Below are positions 40,277-54,289 of a stretch of 64,000 nt of DNA, one piece after another (positions within the stretch are counted from its first letter, which is position 1; the number at the start of each line of letters is the position of its first letter). A program made the position numbers and the translations under genes. This DNA comes from Octopus sinensis (lineage: Eukaryota). Under the pieces are notes generated by a model that had not been told where the DNA came from, searched no databases, and saw only the letters and a list, made by a program, of their open reading frames with translations. The stretch lies in NCBI RefSeq assembly GCF_006345805.1, contig NC_043013.1, positions 29,388,001 to 29,452,000 on the forward strand. Direction: 5' to 3'.

Positions 40277-41007
40277 ACAAACTCGTCTCCCTTTCTGCGT
40301 TATCCTCCTCCAAAATCCCGCTCTCCCCGATTGCCCTCGTTATATCAGATCCTTGCTCTTTAGAATGTCAAACTCATTGGAATTCGCTTGCCGATCAAGT
40401 TTTCATGCATGGTGACGGCGATTTGTAGTTGCTTAAACTCGGTATCAGAAATTTCAAGCCTGTTAAAACTTTCCATTTCTCCTTTACACCAGCCTCCTAC
40501 GTTCGTCTGATAGTTAAAAGACCCTTTCAGTTATTTATTTATGTTGTAATCGTAAAATTATTTTCGTTTTGTTGTATAGCCGAAAGGGTTTTGTCCATTG
40601 CATATGTATAATTCCATTTCCGTTGCACTTGTATTATTATTTCATCACGTTATGTTCATCTAATAACCGAAAGAGCCTTTCTATTATTTATTTATTTGTA
40701 AATGTACATTTATTTTCGTCTTGGTGTATAACCAAAAGGCGTTCGTCTATCGTATGTGTATCCTTCTAGCTTTCATGTTCCTGTTTTCGTTTTTGCATAC
40801 ATTCCTGTGCTTTTTCCAGAGTCTAAATGCTTTTTTGCTTAATGTTCTGGCACTTGCCGGATTCAAGCGGTCTCACGGATGAAAATGTGTGAAACCGCTA
40901 GGACTTAGCGGACTCTGATGAGGAAATCTGCTGCGAATCGTCCGTATATTTCGTTTTTGTTCACTTTCTGCTTTTTATGATTTGTTGTGTTTTTGCTGTC
41001 CTACCCT

Positions 41008-41057
<50 letters not shown>

Positions 41058-41129
41058 CATGTGTGTATGTGTGTGTGTATATGTATATATATGTATATAT
41101 GTATATATGCATGTATGTATATATGCATG

Positions 41130-41200
<71 letters not shown>

Positions 41201-41559
41201 GTCCCAGCATGGCTGCAGTCTAATAACTAAAGCCAGATAAAAAATAAGAAATAAATAATCATATTTTCTTTTATTCTTTATTATTATATTCCCTTTAAAT
41301 ATGATAAAATAAGTTGCAAATATTTATAAAATAGCCAGGTATTGAAAGATCTTGAGCCAGCGATTACATTTCTTAATTATATTACCATATTTGATATTTA
41401 TGATTTCTATTCATCCGGGGCTTAAAAGCAAGTATATTCCAACATGTGAAGCAACATTTTTCAGAAACGTGCTGTCGCTCATTTTATTGCAGGTCAATCT
41501 TAACTAAACAGACTTATGATGAAACGTTTTCACTTTTAATCAAGCGAAGTTTATCTGGG

Positions 41560-41955
41560 ATTACATTATATCATCAATTGTTTTCAGTTGTGCACCATTG
41601 TATGAGTAGTTTGCTCTACGAGCCGAGAATCGTGCGAATTTTTGTCTTGAAATACGAGCGGAAATCCGCAGTGCCCGCACACAAATCGTCCCATCTGTAA
41701 AATAATTCTGTTAATAAAACCAGTTTGCATATTTCTTTTGTATTCTCTTTTTTATAATTGTCATTTTACTTGTAACTACATCTTCTCTTTATTAAAACTG
41801 ATTAAAAAATAATTTTGAATGCTTTTTGCGGGGTTGGAACGGATTAATTATATATTAGTTAATTTCAAAGGGGAAAATTGATTTGTGAAACGAGTAAATC
41901 GTAAGACCTGCTCGGTCATGGAACGAACTAAACTCGTACTGCGAGGTATCACTGT
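41560..41955. mobile_element. Possible pogo/Tigger-like remnant
   Basis: Ends CTCGTACTGCGAGGTATCACTGTA, a Tigger-like terminus. The other end was not identified. Confidence 0.3.
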
Positions 41956-42771
41956 ATATGTATGTATATATTATTTGTTTTTATGCTGAGTTATAATAAA
42001 AATAATTTTACATTAATTTGATGAGTTCCTCTATACCAGTGGTTCTCAGGGCGGTGGAAAGCTCCAAAGGGGCGTTGAAGAAAATTGGGACGATAATGGG
42101 GGAGCGATTCATGGAAAAAGCGGCTCGATAATGGGGTAGTGATTCATGTAAAAACAAAAATGTAATGGGTTCATTAGATTAAGTATTATCTGCGAAATAC
42201 AGTTGCTTTGAATTTGTTAATATCAATTTTTACTCCTATTGTTTAATTTTAAATAAAATATGTTCTCTAACCGGTAAATTGGCTGCTGTAATTTATTAAC
42301 TGCAGATTAATTTCCGACCTCAACGCGCCAAAGTGAAGGCATTTGAAAAATACACCCAAATATAAATTGTAGAACATTATACACACTCGAGTTCGGTTGA
42401 GCGTTCTGTATCTAGTCCTGGGAATTGTGTTTTGCAAGCGACAGACTATGCTGAGGATCTTGCAGATATTTGCGTGTTTACATACGTAAATATTAACACG
42501 TGAAACCATGGTACATAGGTAATCGTTTTTATATTTCGTATATTTTCCTTTGTCTTGCTTATTTTTGCATTTTGGCGTTTTGCTGAGGTTTTTTCTTGAG
42601 AACATATTCTTCGTGGTAATGACAAGTTGACGTCTATATTTAGCATACAGGGTGTCCACTTTAGTGAACATTCCTCTAAATTTTGTATGTAACACAATTT
42701 TTAATCTTCGGATTTTTAAATATGCTAAGCCACTGATTTTAATTGATTAATATCAATTTCTATCCTTATTA

Positions 42772-42814
<43 letters not shown>

Positions 42815-42816
<2 letters not shown>

Positions 42817-42990
42817 ATAGAAATGGTAAGACAACAAAAGAATGAAAGAGACCTCCATATTATTTAAATAGAGGAATTAATCTGTAAATATATGTGACAA
42901 TTATTCGGTAGCCATGATAAACCTCCGAGTATCGCATGTCGGGGCGGAAACCCACGCCGCCAACTCTTCAGTTACTCGGCCATCGAAAAA
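42815..42990 (-). mobile_element. pLTR-like repeat with decayed hammerhead (42925-42979)
   Basis: CUGAAGA, GGCGG/CCGCC stem, GACA in place of GAAA. Shares about 110 bp with 44850-44965. Confidence 0.5.
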
Positions 42991-43794
42991 AATGCTATGA
43001 AAATGATCGTTATACACACGCACACACACGTGTGTGTGTGTGTGTGTGAATGAACCTACCATAGAAAAACTCAAAGTATGCTAATAGTATTGTCATTAAG
43101 GATTCCTAAATTATCTCAGAAATGGTATTATGACATTAACAAAATATTACAAACAAGAAGCCGTGCCTACCCCGTCTTGTCCAGGCTTATTAATACTTAG
43201 AATAAATATAATCTCGTGAATTCCTGGTATTTTAAGCGATGAATTGTTATAAAAAATACTGACAACTTTTCTTTGACTTGGGAATGTTGATTCACTCCAA
43301 ATTGTTGCATAAAAGAATGGTTAAAACTAAGTTTTAAAAAATGCACAAAAATAAGCAGAGAAAATAAAATATTTTACTGCTACACTTGTTTTTTTATTTT
43401 CTGGGAAAACATACTTTTTTCCAAATACTGTATTAATTTACATAATTAGTACAGAATCGCTTGATCGTCGGACAATGGCATTTAGTTACGAGTCATAGAA
43501 CAGCTGAACATGTTGTCGACCGTATCATAACGTGAAAGCACTATAAAACAACGAAATGAATCCAAGAACGAATAAAGCTGAATGATACTGTCAAATTAAG
43601 GAAATTTGCTGAAACGAAAATGTAGACGAAAAAGCAAACAGACTGGCTTCCGAGGGAGCGTAAAGGTTTGAAAAGATGAATTAAATAGATATGGCAAAAT
43701 ACTGTAAACACGTGGTTGAAAATTATGAAGAAATATCAAGACTATAAATAGCTATAATTTATTATTCCTACTGTGGAGATGGTGGTAGTGGTGA

Positions 43795-43851
<57 letters not shown>

Positions 43852-44542
43852 CAGCAGCAGTAGTAGTAGTATGTGGACATGCACTGCAACAGTGCGTCAC
43901 TGCATCCAGCATTTGTTGGTGATTCCATACTCCTGGTGAATGATATCTTTCTAATCCCTCAACTCATGTCTTCCGTTTGAGCTGTCGTTGCCGGTGAGGG
44001 TTTTTACGAGCTTGAAGTGCAAATCCTACCTCTACTTCTTTTAGTCGCTTTTCACGACATGTAGAGGAAACGCTGGATCTATCCCTTCGCATGCCGGTCG
44101 CCAAACAGCAAATTTTACTGTGATCGGTAAAATTAGGAACTGTTTTCTGAAAAAGCAGCAATGAACGGCGAAACATAGCAGGTTCATGAAATTTAATCAC
44201 CAACGCAGAAATATGTGATTCAACCAACGAACTTATTTTTCAAAAACTTACTGAGGCGGAAAATGCGTATTTATTAAAAACACATTTAGCTTAAACATCA
44301 GCTACTTCTAATCCGTTCTGTTTATTAATTTGCAATAGCTACGATTTCACTGCAAATTAAGACAAATGAGTTTAGTTATGTGTGAGATTGTGCAAACCAT
44401 AAATAGTAATAAGCTACTATTTTCTTTGTGGTCATAAAAACTAGTAAGTACAGGTATCGACTTGTTTAGCTAAACCAATCAAGGTGGTGCTCTAGTATAT
44501 AGTCGCAAAGACTACACACACACATACACACACACATACACA

Positions 44543-44752
44543 GACGGGTGCTGAAAAGTTCCTGGCTTTGGGTAAAAGAAAATACAGGAGGATCAGTTAA
44601 TTATGATTTTATCCATCATATTCCTCTCTCAGATTCACGCACTTATTGTAACGGTCCTTCAGTTTTTCTAAGCCCTGTACTCGAAATTTTGGCCCTCCAG
44701 CCAAGCCTTTCGCGACATACTTAATACCAGGAACTTTCCAACATCTCCTCGT
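44543..44752. mobile_element. Mariner-derived MITE
   Basis: Imperfect TIRs with the core ..AAAGTTCCTGG. Minus-strand remnant GLEKLKDRYNKCVNLREEY resembles a mariner transposase end. Confidence 0.7.
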
Positions 44753-44757
44753 GTGTG

Positions 44758-44808
<51 letters not shown>

Positions 44809-44809
44809 C

Positions 44810-44965
44810 GTGACAGTTATTCGGTTGCCATAGCAAGACTCCGAGTTTCGGAGTCTTATTATGGCAACCGAATAATTGTCACATATTACATTCCAGATAA
44901 ATTCCTCTATTTACATAATATCGAGGTCACATTCATTCTTTTGCTGTCTTACTATGACTATTAAT
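44810..44965 (+). mobile_element. Same family as 42.8 kb, with its end folded back into a 73-bp palindrome
   Basis: 35-bp arms at 44810-44844 and 44848-44882, 3 mismatches. Confidence 0.6.
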
Positions 44966-45810
44966 ATATATGTATATATATGTATATATATATATATATT
45001 TGTGTGTGTGTGTGTTTGTGTGTGGGTATGTGTATAGCCATTCATGCATACACACATGTGAGAACATGTGCGCTATTATTAAAAACAGTAGCTTCAGCAA
45101 AAAGATGGCTGTTTTTGATAAATCATGTTGACACTCAGCTACAATACGTTGAGTCCTTCTTTGTTCTAAGTGCCTCAACAATGTATCCTTGAATATGTGC
45201 CTCTGGATATTCGCAGACTCATTCACACGCATTCATACATGCTTACATACAGACATTAATTCACGCATGCATACATACATACATACATACATACATACAT
45301 ACATACATACATACATACATACATACATACATACATACATACATACATACATAAGTAGGAACATGTACATAAATGTGTTTATATATATATATCATATTAC
45401 ATACACGGCCGAAAGAGCTACTAATAGTTTCATGCTTTCATGCTGAATGAACAGGCATATTAATTAAATACGCCATGAATCTTGAAGCAGTCTTTCAGGC
45501 TCTGCGTATACGTTATATATGTTTTAAATAACAAAAACGTAGGACAATAAAAAGAAAAGAAAAAAAATATGGAGGAAACATGAAGAAGGTTGGTACAAAA
45601 TATGGAACGAGAAAAAAGAAACGCAATGAAGAGAACTTAGATCCTCTTCCTTCCTGATTGTCGAAAATGCATTAAATACAACTGGTTTAGAACAAAATAA
45701 CGGAAAATATGTCAAACATCTACGTGTTTGTATAAAGAGATCCATCCATACATACATACTTCTGGACATATATATGCACATCGATACATATGTGCGTATG
45801 TGTATATATA

Positions 45811-45855
<45 letters not shown>

Positions 45856-45859
45856 TATA

Positions 45860-46020
45860 GGCGCAGGTGTAGCTGTGTGGCAAGAAGCTTGTTTTCCAAC
45901 CACATTGTTCCGGGTTCAGTCCCACTGCGTGGCAACTTGGACAAGTGTCTACTGCTATAGCTCGGGCAGACAAAAGCCTTGTGAGTGTATCTGGTAGACG
46001 GAAACTGAAAGAAGCCCCTC

Positions 46021-46064
<44 letters not shown>

Positions 46065-46291
46065 TATTATATACATATTTTGTGTGTGTGGTGTTGTATT
46101 TGTCCCTCTACCATCTTGACAACCGATGTTGGTGTGTTTACCTCCCCGAAACTAGCGGTTCGGCAAAGGGGACGATATAATAAGTACTAGGCTTACAAAG
46201 AATAAGTCAGGGTTCGATTTGTTCGACTAAAGGCGGTGCTCCAGCGTGGCCACAGTCAAATGACTGAAACAAGCAAAAGAATAAAAGAATA
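45860..46291 (+). mobile_element. tRNA-derived SINE family 1, full length (head, CORE-like central block, internal (TA)n/(TG)n, 3' tail ...CAGTCAAATGACTGAAACAAG)
   Basis: A-box/B-box-like head GGCGCAGG..GCTGTGTGG...GGGTTCAGTCCC. Many copies in the window. Confidence 0.85.
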
Positions 46292-46964
46292 TAAATGGTG
46301 GCAGGGGCGTGGCGTTGGAGTTAGAGTGATGCAATCATGTTTGTAAGATTATGCTTTCGGTTCGTAGACCGGGCAAAACACTTTATTTCGCGATGCTTCA
46401 GTTCATTCAACTGGAAAAAATGGACAATCCTGCGACAGATTGGCGCCCCTTCTAATAGGTGTGAGTGTGTCTATGTGTGTGTATTAAATATATGCCACAG
46501 AATCTTTGGAAATCAAGTTTTATTGAACGACTTTGATTCTTTACATACACACACATACACACGCGCGCGCGCACACAAACACACACACACACACACACAC
46601 CAGATATACGACGGGCTTCTTTCAGATTCCGTCTACTAAATCCACACACAAAACTGGTCGGCCCGAGGCTATAGTAGAAGACACTGGCCCAAGGTGCCAC
46701 GCAGTGAGACTGAACCCGGAACCATGTAGTTGGGAAGCAAGCTTCTTAGCATACACCCAATACATGTGTGTGGTGGTGGGGTGGGGGTGCGAGCGTGCGT
46801 GCACTTTCAATTTATTTTCTTGTCATAGCATGGCCAGATACTGCAACGTTTGCCTCCTCGGAGAAGACTGAAGAGTCATACATGTGTAGACACTTGTTCT
46901 GCACAAAGTTATGCTGGTTATGACAATGTCGGTAAAAACAATACAAAAGATATATCGAAAAAGG

Positions 46965-47003
<39 letters not shown>

Positions 47004-47149
47004 AATATATATATACTTATTGACGCATGCACAGAGTGACATGCATATATGTATGCAGTTGTTCGTTTGCACGTGTTGATAAAACTGCGTTCTTACGACT
47101 CTCTGCAAAATAATTAAAGTGGAAAAATATTGAAAATATGACAAAGAAA

Positions 47150-47535
47150 CAAAGATGATGATGATAAGGAGAAGAAGGAGGAGGAGAAGAGGAAAAAAGA
47201 AGAAGGAGGGGAGAAGAAAAAGAAGAAGGAGGGGGAGAAGAAGAAGAAGAAGAAGAAGAAGCAGAAGAAGAAGAAGAAGAAAAAGAAGAAGAAGAAAAAG
47301 AAGAAGAAAAGATGACAATGAAGGAAAAGAAGATGGAAGGAGGAGAAGAAAAAAAGAAGGAGGGGAGAAGAAAATAAAGAAGAAGAAGAAGAAGAAGAAG
47401 ATGAAGAAAGAAGAAGAGGAAGAAAATAAAGAAGACGAAGAAGAAGATGAAGAAAATAAAGAAGACGAAGAAGAAGGAGAAGAAGAAGGAGGAGGAGGAG
47501 AAGACGACAAAGAAGAGTAGAAGGAGGAAGATTGA
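47150..47535. repeat. Degenerate (GAA)n/(GGA)n purine tract
   Basis: Direct reading. Source of spurious poly-R/K/E and poly-S/F/L ORFs. Confidence 0.9.
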
Positions 47536-47768
47536 GAGGGTGACGATTACGAAGAAAACGTCGTTTGTAACAATGGATAATGAGAATAGCGGGTGCGATG
47601 GCAATATCTATGCACTTTTGACAGAGGTGATCAGGGTATGGGGAGGAGAGGCATATTGAAATCTGTGTTTACTAAAATTAATAAGTCAGAAAACAAATGA
47701 AACAATTTCACATGATAGAGAGTGAGAGAAAGGACGAGGACAATGAGAATGTATGAAAGGAGATGTAG

Positions 47769-47839
<71 letters not shown>

Positions 47840-47975
47840 TGAGAGAAGGTGAGGAGATGAGGTGAAAGCAGTGAGACGGAAAAATAGAGAAGGCAAGGCG
47901 AAAGATAAATTTATTTGTTGAGGAAATAAAGAAAGAACGTGATAACAATCTCGTCAGAAAGACACGAACACGCGC

Positions 47976-48009
<34 letters not shown>

Positions 48010-48304
48010 ATATATATAATATATATATATACATATAATATACATATACATATACATATATACATATATATATATATGAACACACACACATATAAATATA
48101 CATATAGATATGTATGTGCATGCATGTATATACATATACATATATACAAATGTATATGTATGTAAATATATATATATATATACCCACACGCACACGCACA
48201 TATACATGTACACACGCGTACATATACAAACATACATACAAACAAACATACATACACACATACATACATACATACAAACATACATACATACATACATACA
48301 AAGC

Positions 48305-48336
<32 letters not shown>

Positions 48337-48658
48337 GGTATACGTATGTATATGTGGAGGTATGGATGGATGGATGGATGGATGGATGGATGGATGTGGG
48401 TGAGCCACCTGAGTTTCACGGCTACAAATTTTTCGAATAGTGCATGTATAGGTCGTCAGTTTTGAAAATGTTGGCATATTCATTAGAATAGCTTAGCGTG
48501 TACCATGTAATAAAGTCGTAATGGACAATGCTGATTATTCATAAACGAGTAATTAATTTCTGCAGAACAGAACTGAACTGCGTCTATGGTCTTTGAATAG
48601 TATCATATGTTTATAAGCATTACAGTATGCTCCCTACACTACACATGCATGTATGTCC

Positions 48659-48733
<75 letters not shown>

Positions 48734-49014
48734 TATGTGTGTGTGTATAAATAAATATGTATAACATATAGGTATAACAACCCACATAACTCTCTCTCGC
48801 TTTCAATATTTGTACAAGACCGGCAATTTTGGGGTGAGTGGGGCTAGACAATTACAAAGACCCCCGTGCTCAACTGATACTTACTTTATTGACCCAGAAA
48901 CAATGAAAGGCGAAGTCACCCCAGGCGTAATTTGAGCTCGAAATGTAATGAGCCAGAAAGATTTGCCGCTAAGAATTTTCTCCGACGCGCTGATGATTCT
49001 GCCAGCTCAAACAC

Positions 49015-49968
49015 ACACACACAACACACACACACACACAAACGAGCTGCTGAATAGGGTGGTGTCGGTATATACACATAGGAGTGGCTGTGTAGTAAGT
49101 AGCTTGCTTAACAACCACATAGTTCCGGGTTTAGCCCCACTGCGTGGCACCTTGGGCGTGTGTCTTCTACTGTAGCCTCGGGCCGACCAAAGCCTTGTGA
49201 GTGGATTTGGTAGACGGAAACTGAAAAGAAGCCCGTCGTATATACGTATATGTATATATATGTGTGTGTGCTTGTGTGTCTGTGTTTGTCCCCCCAACGT
49301 CGCTTGACAACCGATGCTGGTGTGTTTACGTCCACGTAACTTAGGGATCACCACCCCCTGCCGGAGCCTCGTGGAGCTTTTAGGTGTTTTCGCTCAATAA
49401 ACACTCACAACGCCCGGTCTGGGAATCGAAACCGCGATCCTACGACCGCGAGTCCGCTGCCCTAACCACTAGTCCATTGCGCCTCCACACACACACACAA
49501 CACACACACACACACAAACGAGCTGCTGAATAGGTGGTGTCGGTATATACAACATAGGAGTGGCTGTGTAGTAAGTAGCTTGCTTAACAACCACATAGTT
49601 CCGGGTTTAGCCCCACTGCGTGGCACCTGGGCGTGTGTCTTCTACTGTAGCCTCGGGCCGACCAAAGCCTTGTGAGTGGATTTGGTAGACGGAAACTGAA
49701 AAGAAGCCCAGTCGTATATACGTATATGTATATATATGTGTGGTGTGCTTGTGTGTCTGTGTTTGTCCCCCCAACGTCGCTGACAACCGATGCCTGGTGT
49801 GTTTACGTCCACGTAACTTAGGGATCACCACCCCCCCCCTGCGGAGCCTCGTGGAGCTTTTAGGTGTTTTCGCTCAATAAACACTACACAACGCCCGGTC
49901 TGGGAATCGAAACCGCGATCCTACGACCGCGAGTCCGCTGCCCTAACCACTAGTCCATTGCGCCTCAA
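49015..49968. repeat. Tandem duplication of a ~480-bp unit (SINE1 + SINE3 fragments)
   Basis: Two copies; the second has scattered 1-bp indels. Confidence 0.85.
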
Positions 49969-49994
49969 CACACAACACACACACACACACGCAC

Positions 49995-50027
<33 letters not shown>

Positions 50028-50492
50028 CACACATATATATATATATATATAAAATATATATATATATATATATATATATTAAATATATATATATATATAA
50101 CATTGTACTAAACACCTCAATAATCTATACATATTGTTTGGATGTTCAATTGATACAATAGGGGGGTAGGAAATATTCTCCATACATGCTAGCATTGCAC
50201 TGAAAGGCGACAACACTGTTGTTGCTCTGAGTTTCTTGGTTCTGTTTATCCATTTGATAAATTTTGTAAGCTAAACAAATGAAGACAAACGGAGAATTCT
50301 CGATACATCTGGCTCTGAAAAAATTGAGATTAGCATAATGTGATGCTTAGGACAGGCTCCATAAAGATGATGGGAGCTGTATGTTGTATGCCAGGACTTT
50401 GAAAGAACCGTTGTTTTTCTACTAATTGTGATGAGTCTTCATAGGTTATGCATAGATTTTAACCTATGCTGTTAAAGACAAATGCAGAGTGT

Positions 50493-50526
<34 letters not shown>

Positions 50527-51464
50527 CACTAAAAACAACTTAGCCATAAAACCTCAATGACTGACATAGGAAACAAGCTCCCTGCGGTCGCAGATATAGT
50601 CAGATTATCGATCTTAACGCTCATTGATGGCTCTCACTGCGCCTAGGGTTAAACTCATTTCGCCGTGTCAGCTTATAATATTTCCGTTGAAATCATACGC
50701 TGATTCCATAAACAATAAAAGTGAAAATTATGAATATTTTATATACATATATAAAGTTTACATCGTGAGCCGAAAAATATGGATCAGTCGGATTACTTTC
50801 GCCCTGTGTTTGGGCATCATTCGTCTCTGGGTGCCCAAAGGAGATAAAAAAAGAACAGTTAATACAGCGTGCTTCAAAAATCGCTGGCATTAAATTAAAA
50901 GTCATTGTATATGGAAACAAGCTGTATGCATCCGGGTTTACACGTACAGTAATGTCTATAGATATATTTAGTAGCGCAGTAGAGCATTGAAACAAAATTG
51001 TGTTACCACACCTGTATTTATAACCCTTAGAGGAGAAAACTAGTTTCATTATGACAGAAGCTGTTTCTAGAGTGTACTATAGTGGGGATTCCTGTCAGGA
51101 CGAGATACCTTTTATTATTTAATAAGGCTAATTAAAAGACTTTTTGTACATGGTGATTGTATGTTCACGCTTGTTAGTGAAGGCTGGTGGAAAATAAGAA
51201 TGTAGAACGACTCTTATTAAGAGTACGAGTTATCTGATTTGAAACAAAAGAAAGTGCTACTGGTAGGAGTTATCTTGTTTGGGGAATGGTAGGAAGGAGG
51301 GTTCTGTAAAGTGCGGAGATACTTTTAGCGGACGAGATCAAAGAATGACCATAATTAGAGAGACATCAACATTTGCAAATTTCGTTGTGCAACCAAATAT
51401 TTCTTCCGATTGTCTCTCATTCAGGCTGTGTGTGTGTGTGTGTGTGTATGTGTGTGTGTGTGTG

Positions 51465-51518
<54 letters not shown>

Positions 51519-51812
51519 GGAGCATTTTTCGCCGCAATTGAAAGTAGTATGCGTTGTAAATAGTAAATAATAATCTGCTTATGTACTGCTGCAGGTACGA
51601 ATAAATCGCTCGTGGTTTTAGAGGTAGCAAGAATGAATCTGTACAATTGTTTACAAGAGAAGAACTACAGAGTTTGTCATGTGACGTTTGTTGCTATGAT
51701 TCAGTTACTTATCCGGTGATCCAAACACAACTGGGATTATCGTATGTTAATGAACTATATAAAAATAATATTTCAAAATTATGAATAAAGATAAAAAATC
51801 CGTGTGTTCGAC

Positions 51813-52049
51813 TATTCTTTTATTCTTCTATTCTTTTATTTGTTTCAGTAATCTTGACTGCGGCCATGCTGGAGCACCGCCTTTAGTCGAACAAATCGAC
51901 CCCAGGACTTATTCTTTGTAAGCCTAGTACTTATTCTATCGGTATCTTGTGCCAAACCACTAAGTTACGGGGGAGGCAAACACACCAACATCGGTTATCA
52001 AGCGAGGGTAGGGGATAAACATAGACACACAAACACAATCACGCACATA

Positions 52050-52081
<32 letters not shown>

Positions 52082-52242
52082 ACGACAAGCTTCTATCAGT
52101 TTCCATCTACCATATCCACTCACATGGCTTTGGTCGGCCCGAGAATATAGTAGAAGACACTTGCCCAAGGCGCCACGCAGTGAGACCGAAACCGGAACCA
52201 TGTGGTTGGTAAGCAAGCTACTTACCACACAGCCATTCCTGC
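51813..52242 (-). mobile_element. SINE family 1, full length
   Basis: Reverse-complement match to 45860-46291. Confidence 0.85.
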
Positions 52243-52466
52243 GGCGAGCTGGCACAATCGTTAGCGCTCTGGACAAAGTGCTTAGCGGCATTCCGTCTGA
52301 CGTTACGTTCTGAGTTCAAATTCCGCCGAGGCCGATTTTGCCTTTTATTCTTTCGGGGCGATTAAATATGTACCATCTACGCACTGAGATCGATGTAATC
52401 GACTTACTCACTTTGTCTGCTCTTGTTTGTCCCCTCTATGTTTAGTCCCCAGTGGGCAATAAAGAA

Positions 52467-52468
<2 letters not shown>
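52241..52468 (+). mobile_element. SINE family 2 with tail B
   Basis: Ends TTGTCCCCTCTATGTTTAGTCCCCAGTGGGCAATAAAGAAATA followed by (TA)n. Confidence 0.85.
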
Positions 52469-52499
<31 letters not shown>

Positions 52500-53210
52500 C
52501 GGAGTGGTCAGTAGTGAGTCAGCGGCAGTCTTGAAAGGTGTGTGAATGAGTGGGTGTGGTTCTGTGTGTATTGGCATGTATGCGTTGTCGGAGTGGGAAT
52601 GTGTTTGTGTGTATGTGTGTGTACATGGGTACGGGTGCGTGTGTGTGTGTATGTGTGTGCGTGCATGAGAGGGTGAGAGAGGGGTGAGGTGGATGTATGT
52701 GTGGCTGCGTCGGTGTAGCCAAGGGTGTAGATTTTGTATGGCGTGCACATGAGTATGTGTGCGGATATGTGTATGTGTGTGTATGCGTATGTTGGAGTGC
52801 GTGTGTGTGGTGTGTGTCTACGTGTGTTCGTGTGTGTTTGATTGTGTGCGCGCACGTATGTGTGAGTGTGTGCGCGCGCGTGTGTGGTGTGTGATAGTGT
52901 ACAAGGAACGGGATGACAAGTGTGTGTGTACGTTGGTGTTACGTGTATGTGTTTGGGCGTGTGTGTATGTGTGAGTGTGTGTGTGTATGTGAAAGAATTA
53001 TGTTAAAAATAAAAGTTAAAAATAGAAACATGAGAAAACAAAAGAATATAAAAATAAAATATAAAATAAATAATAAATAATAAATAATAAAAATAATAAA
53101 TAAAAATTTAAAATAATAAGACAAATGAAACCGATATATAAATACATCGGTAACAGAAATAAATAGAAAAATAAAATAATATGTTTATTTTTAAAGGCGT
53201 GTGGGGAAAG

Positions 53211-54105
53211 TCACTGAAAGGAGGTAGGGGTTGTGCCGAGTCCGAAAGAAGTTCGAGTAACTAGAGCAGTGGTTTTCAACCAGGGTTCCGCCAGTACAGT
53301 CCAGGGATTCCGCAAGAAGTTACAAAGCTGCTAAAATCGACAGTAATTTTTAATTCTCCTGTGCAGATATGTGTGCATAAGACTATTAAATTATTGCACA
53401 GGGGTTCCTCGAGCCAGTGGAATGTTTCCTTGGGGTTCCGCTCTAGCAAAAAGGTTGAAAAGCACTGAACTAGAGTGACAAAGTAGCGCTGTTTCAGGCG
53501 AAGTGTAGAGTTGGTGGATCCATGGTGTGGGGCAAATCCAAAGACGGTGAGGTGTGAGGTGAAGTGGCCGGCCAAGCGAAAATGACGGGCGACGGCGGTG
53601 TTCTTACGTAGACGAACGTCTCGTGGTGGTTCGGCGAATCGGTCGGTTAACCGTCGAACCATCTGACCAACATAAAGTTTATTGCAAAGATTGCACCTGA
53701 TACAGTAAATAAGGCTTGGAGAAGTGGAAAAGAAGGAGTTCCTAATGTAGAGGGTGTGCTGGTTGGATCCAGTGAAGGAAGTGGTGTTGATGAAAGGTCA
53801 GATGTGGCAACGGGGTCTGGACCAAGGGAAGGATCGGGGGTGGGTGGCGAATGGAGGAGGGGAGGGTGCCACAGAGTAGTAAATCGCATAGGCTACGGGC
53901 GTGATGGGGATCTAGATGGAGACGACGGGAAGATACGCAGGATCTTCCTCTAAAGGGGGTATTGTGGTGGAAGTAGAAAAGAAGGGAAAGGGGATGTGGC
54001 TGGGGACCGGCGCGGGAAGGAGAGAGGGCGGTGGTGCGATCGGTTTGAGAGTACGGGTAAGGGCTGTTTGGACAAGGGTGGATGGTATCCTCGACGCGTG
54101 AACAA
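53211..54105 (-). mobile_element. Penelope-like element 3' fragment (linker knuckle + GIY-YIG endonuclease), interrupted by a hAT MITE
   Basis: Manual translation: PRCHI*PFINTTSFTGSNQH...SLIYCIRCNLCNKLYVGQMVRRLTDRFAE...TAVARHFRLAGH...LRLKQR. The stop is at 53211-53213. Confidence 0.87.
53267..53467. mobile_element. hAT (Charlie-like) MITE, 201 bp
   Basis: TIRs CAGTGGTTTTCAACC / GGTTGAAAAGCACTG with a perfect 8-bp TSD AACTAGAG at 53259-53266 and 53468-53475. Confidence 0.9.
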
Positions 54106-54289
54106 GAGGGCCAGGTGCACACATATGCACATACATAAACACATATTTATACCACGCATGCTTCCGCACATGTGCGTGCATATTTACATAAACGTATAGA
54201 AATTTATAATGTTAATGAAATCTATAAATTAATATGAAATAATAATAATAATGGAAATAAGTTATAGAATTTCTTGCTGATTTATGTAG

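Noticed and set aside
42037-42735. Possible hAT element (CAGTGGTTCTCA ... AGCCACTG)
   Set aside because: The terminal match is short and the flanks give no 8-bp TSD.
43900-44260. CpG-richer patch that might be a promoter or first exon
   Set aside because: There is no ORF with recognisable product and no supportable splice or promoter signal.
46965-47659. Arg/Lys/Glu-rich and Ser/Phe/Leu-rich ORFs resembling protamine or acidic proteins
   Set aside because: They arise from a degenerate (GAA)n/(GGA)n tract that is open in most frames on both strands.
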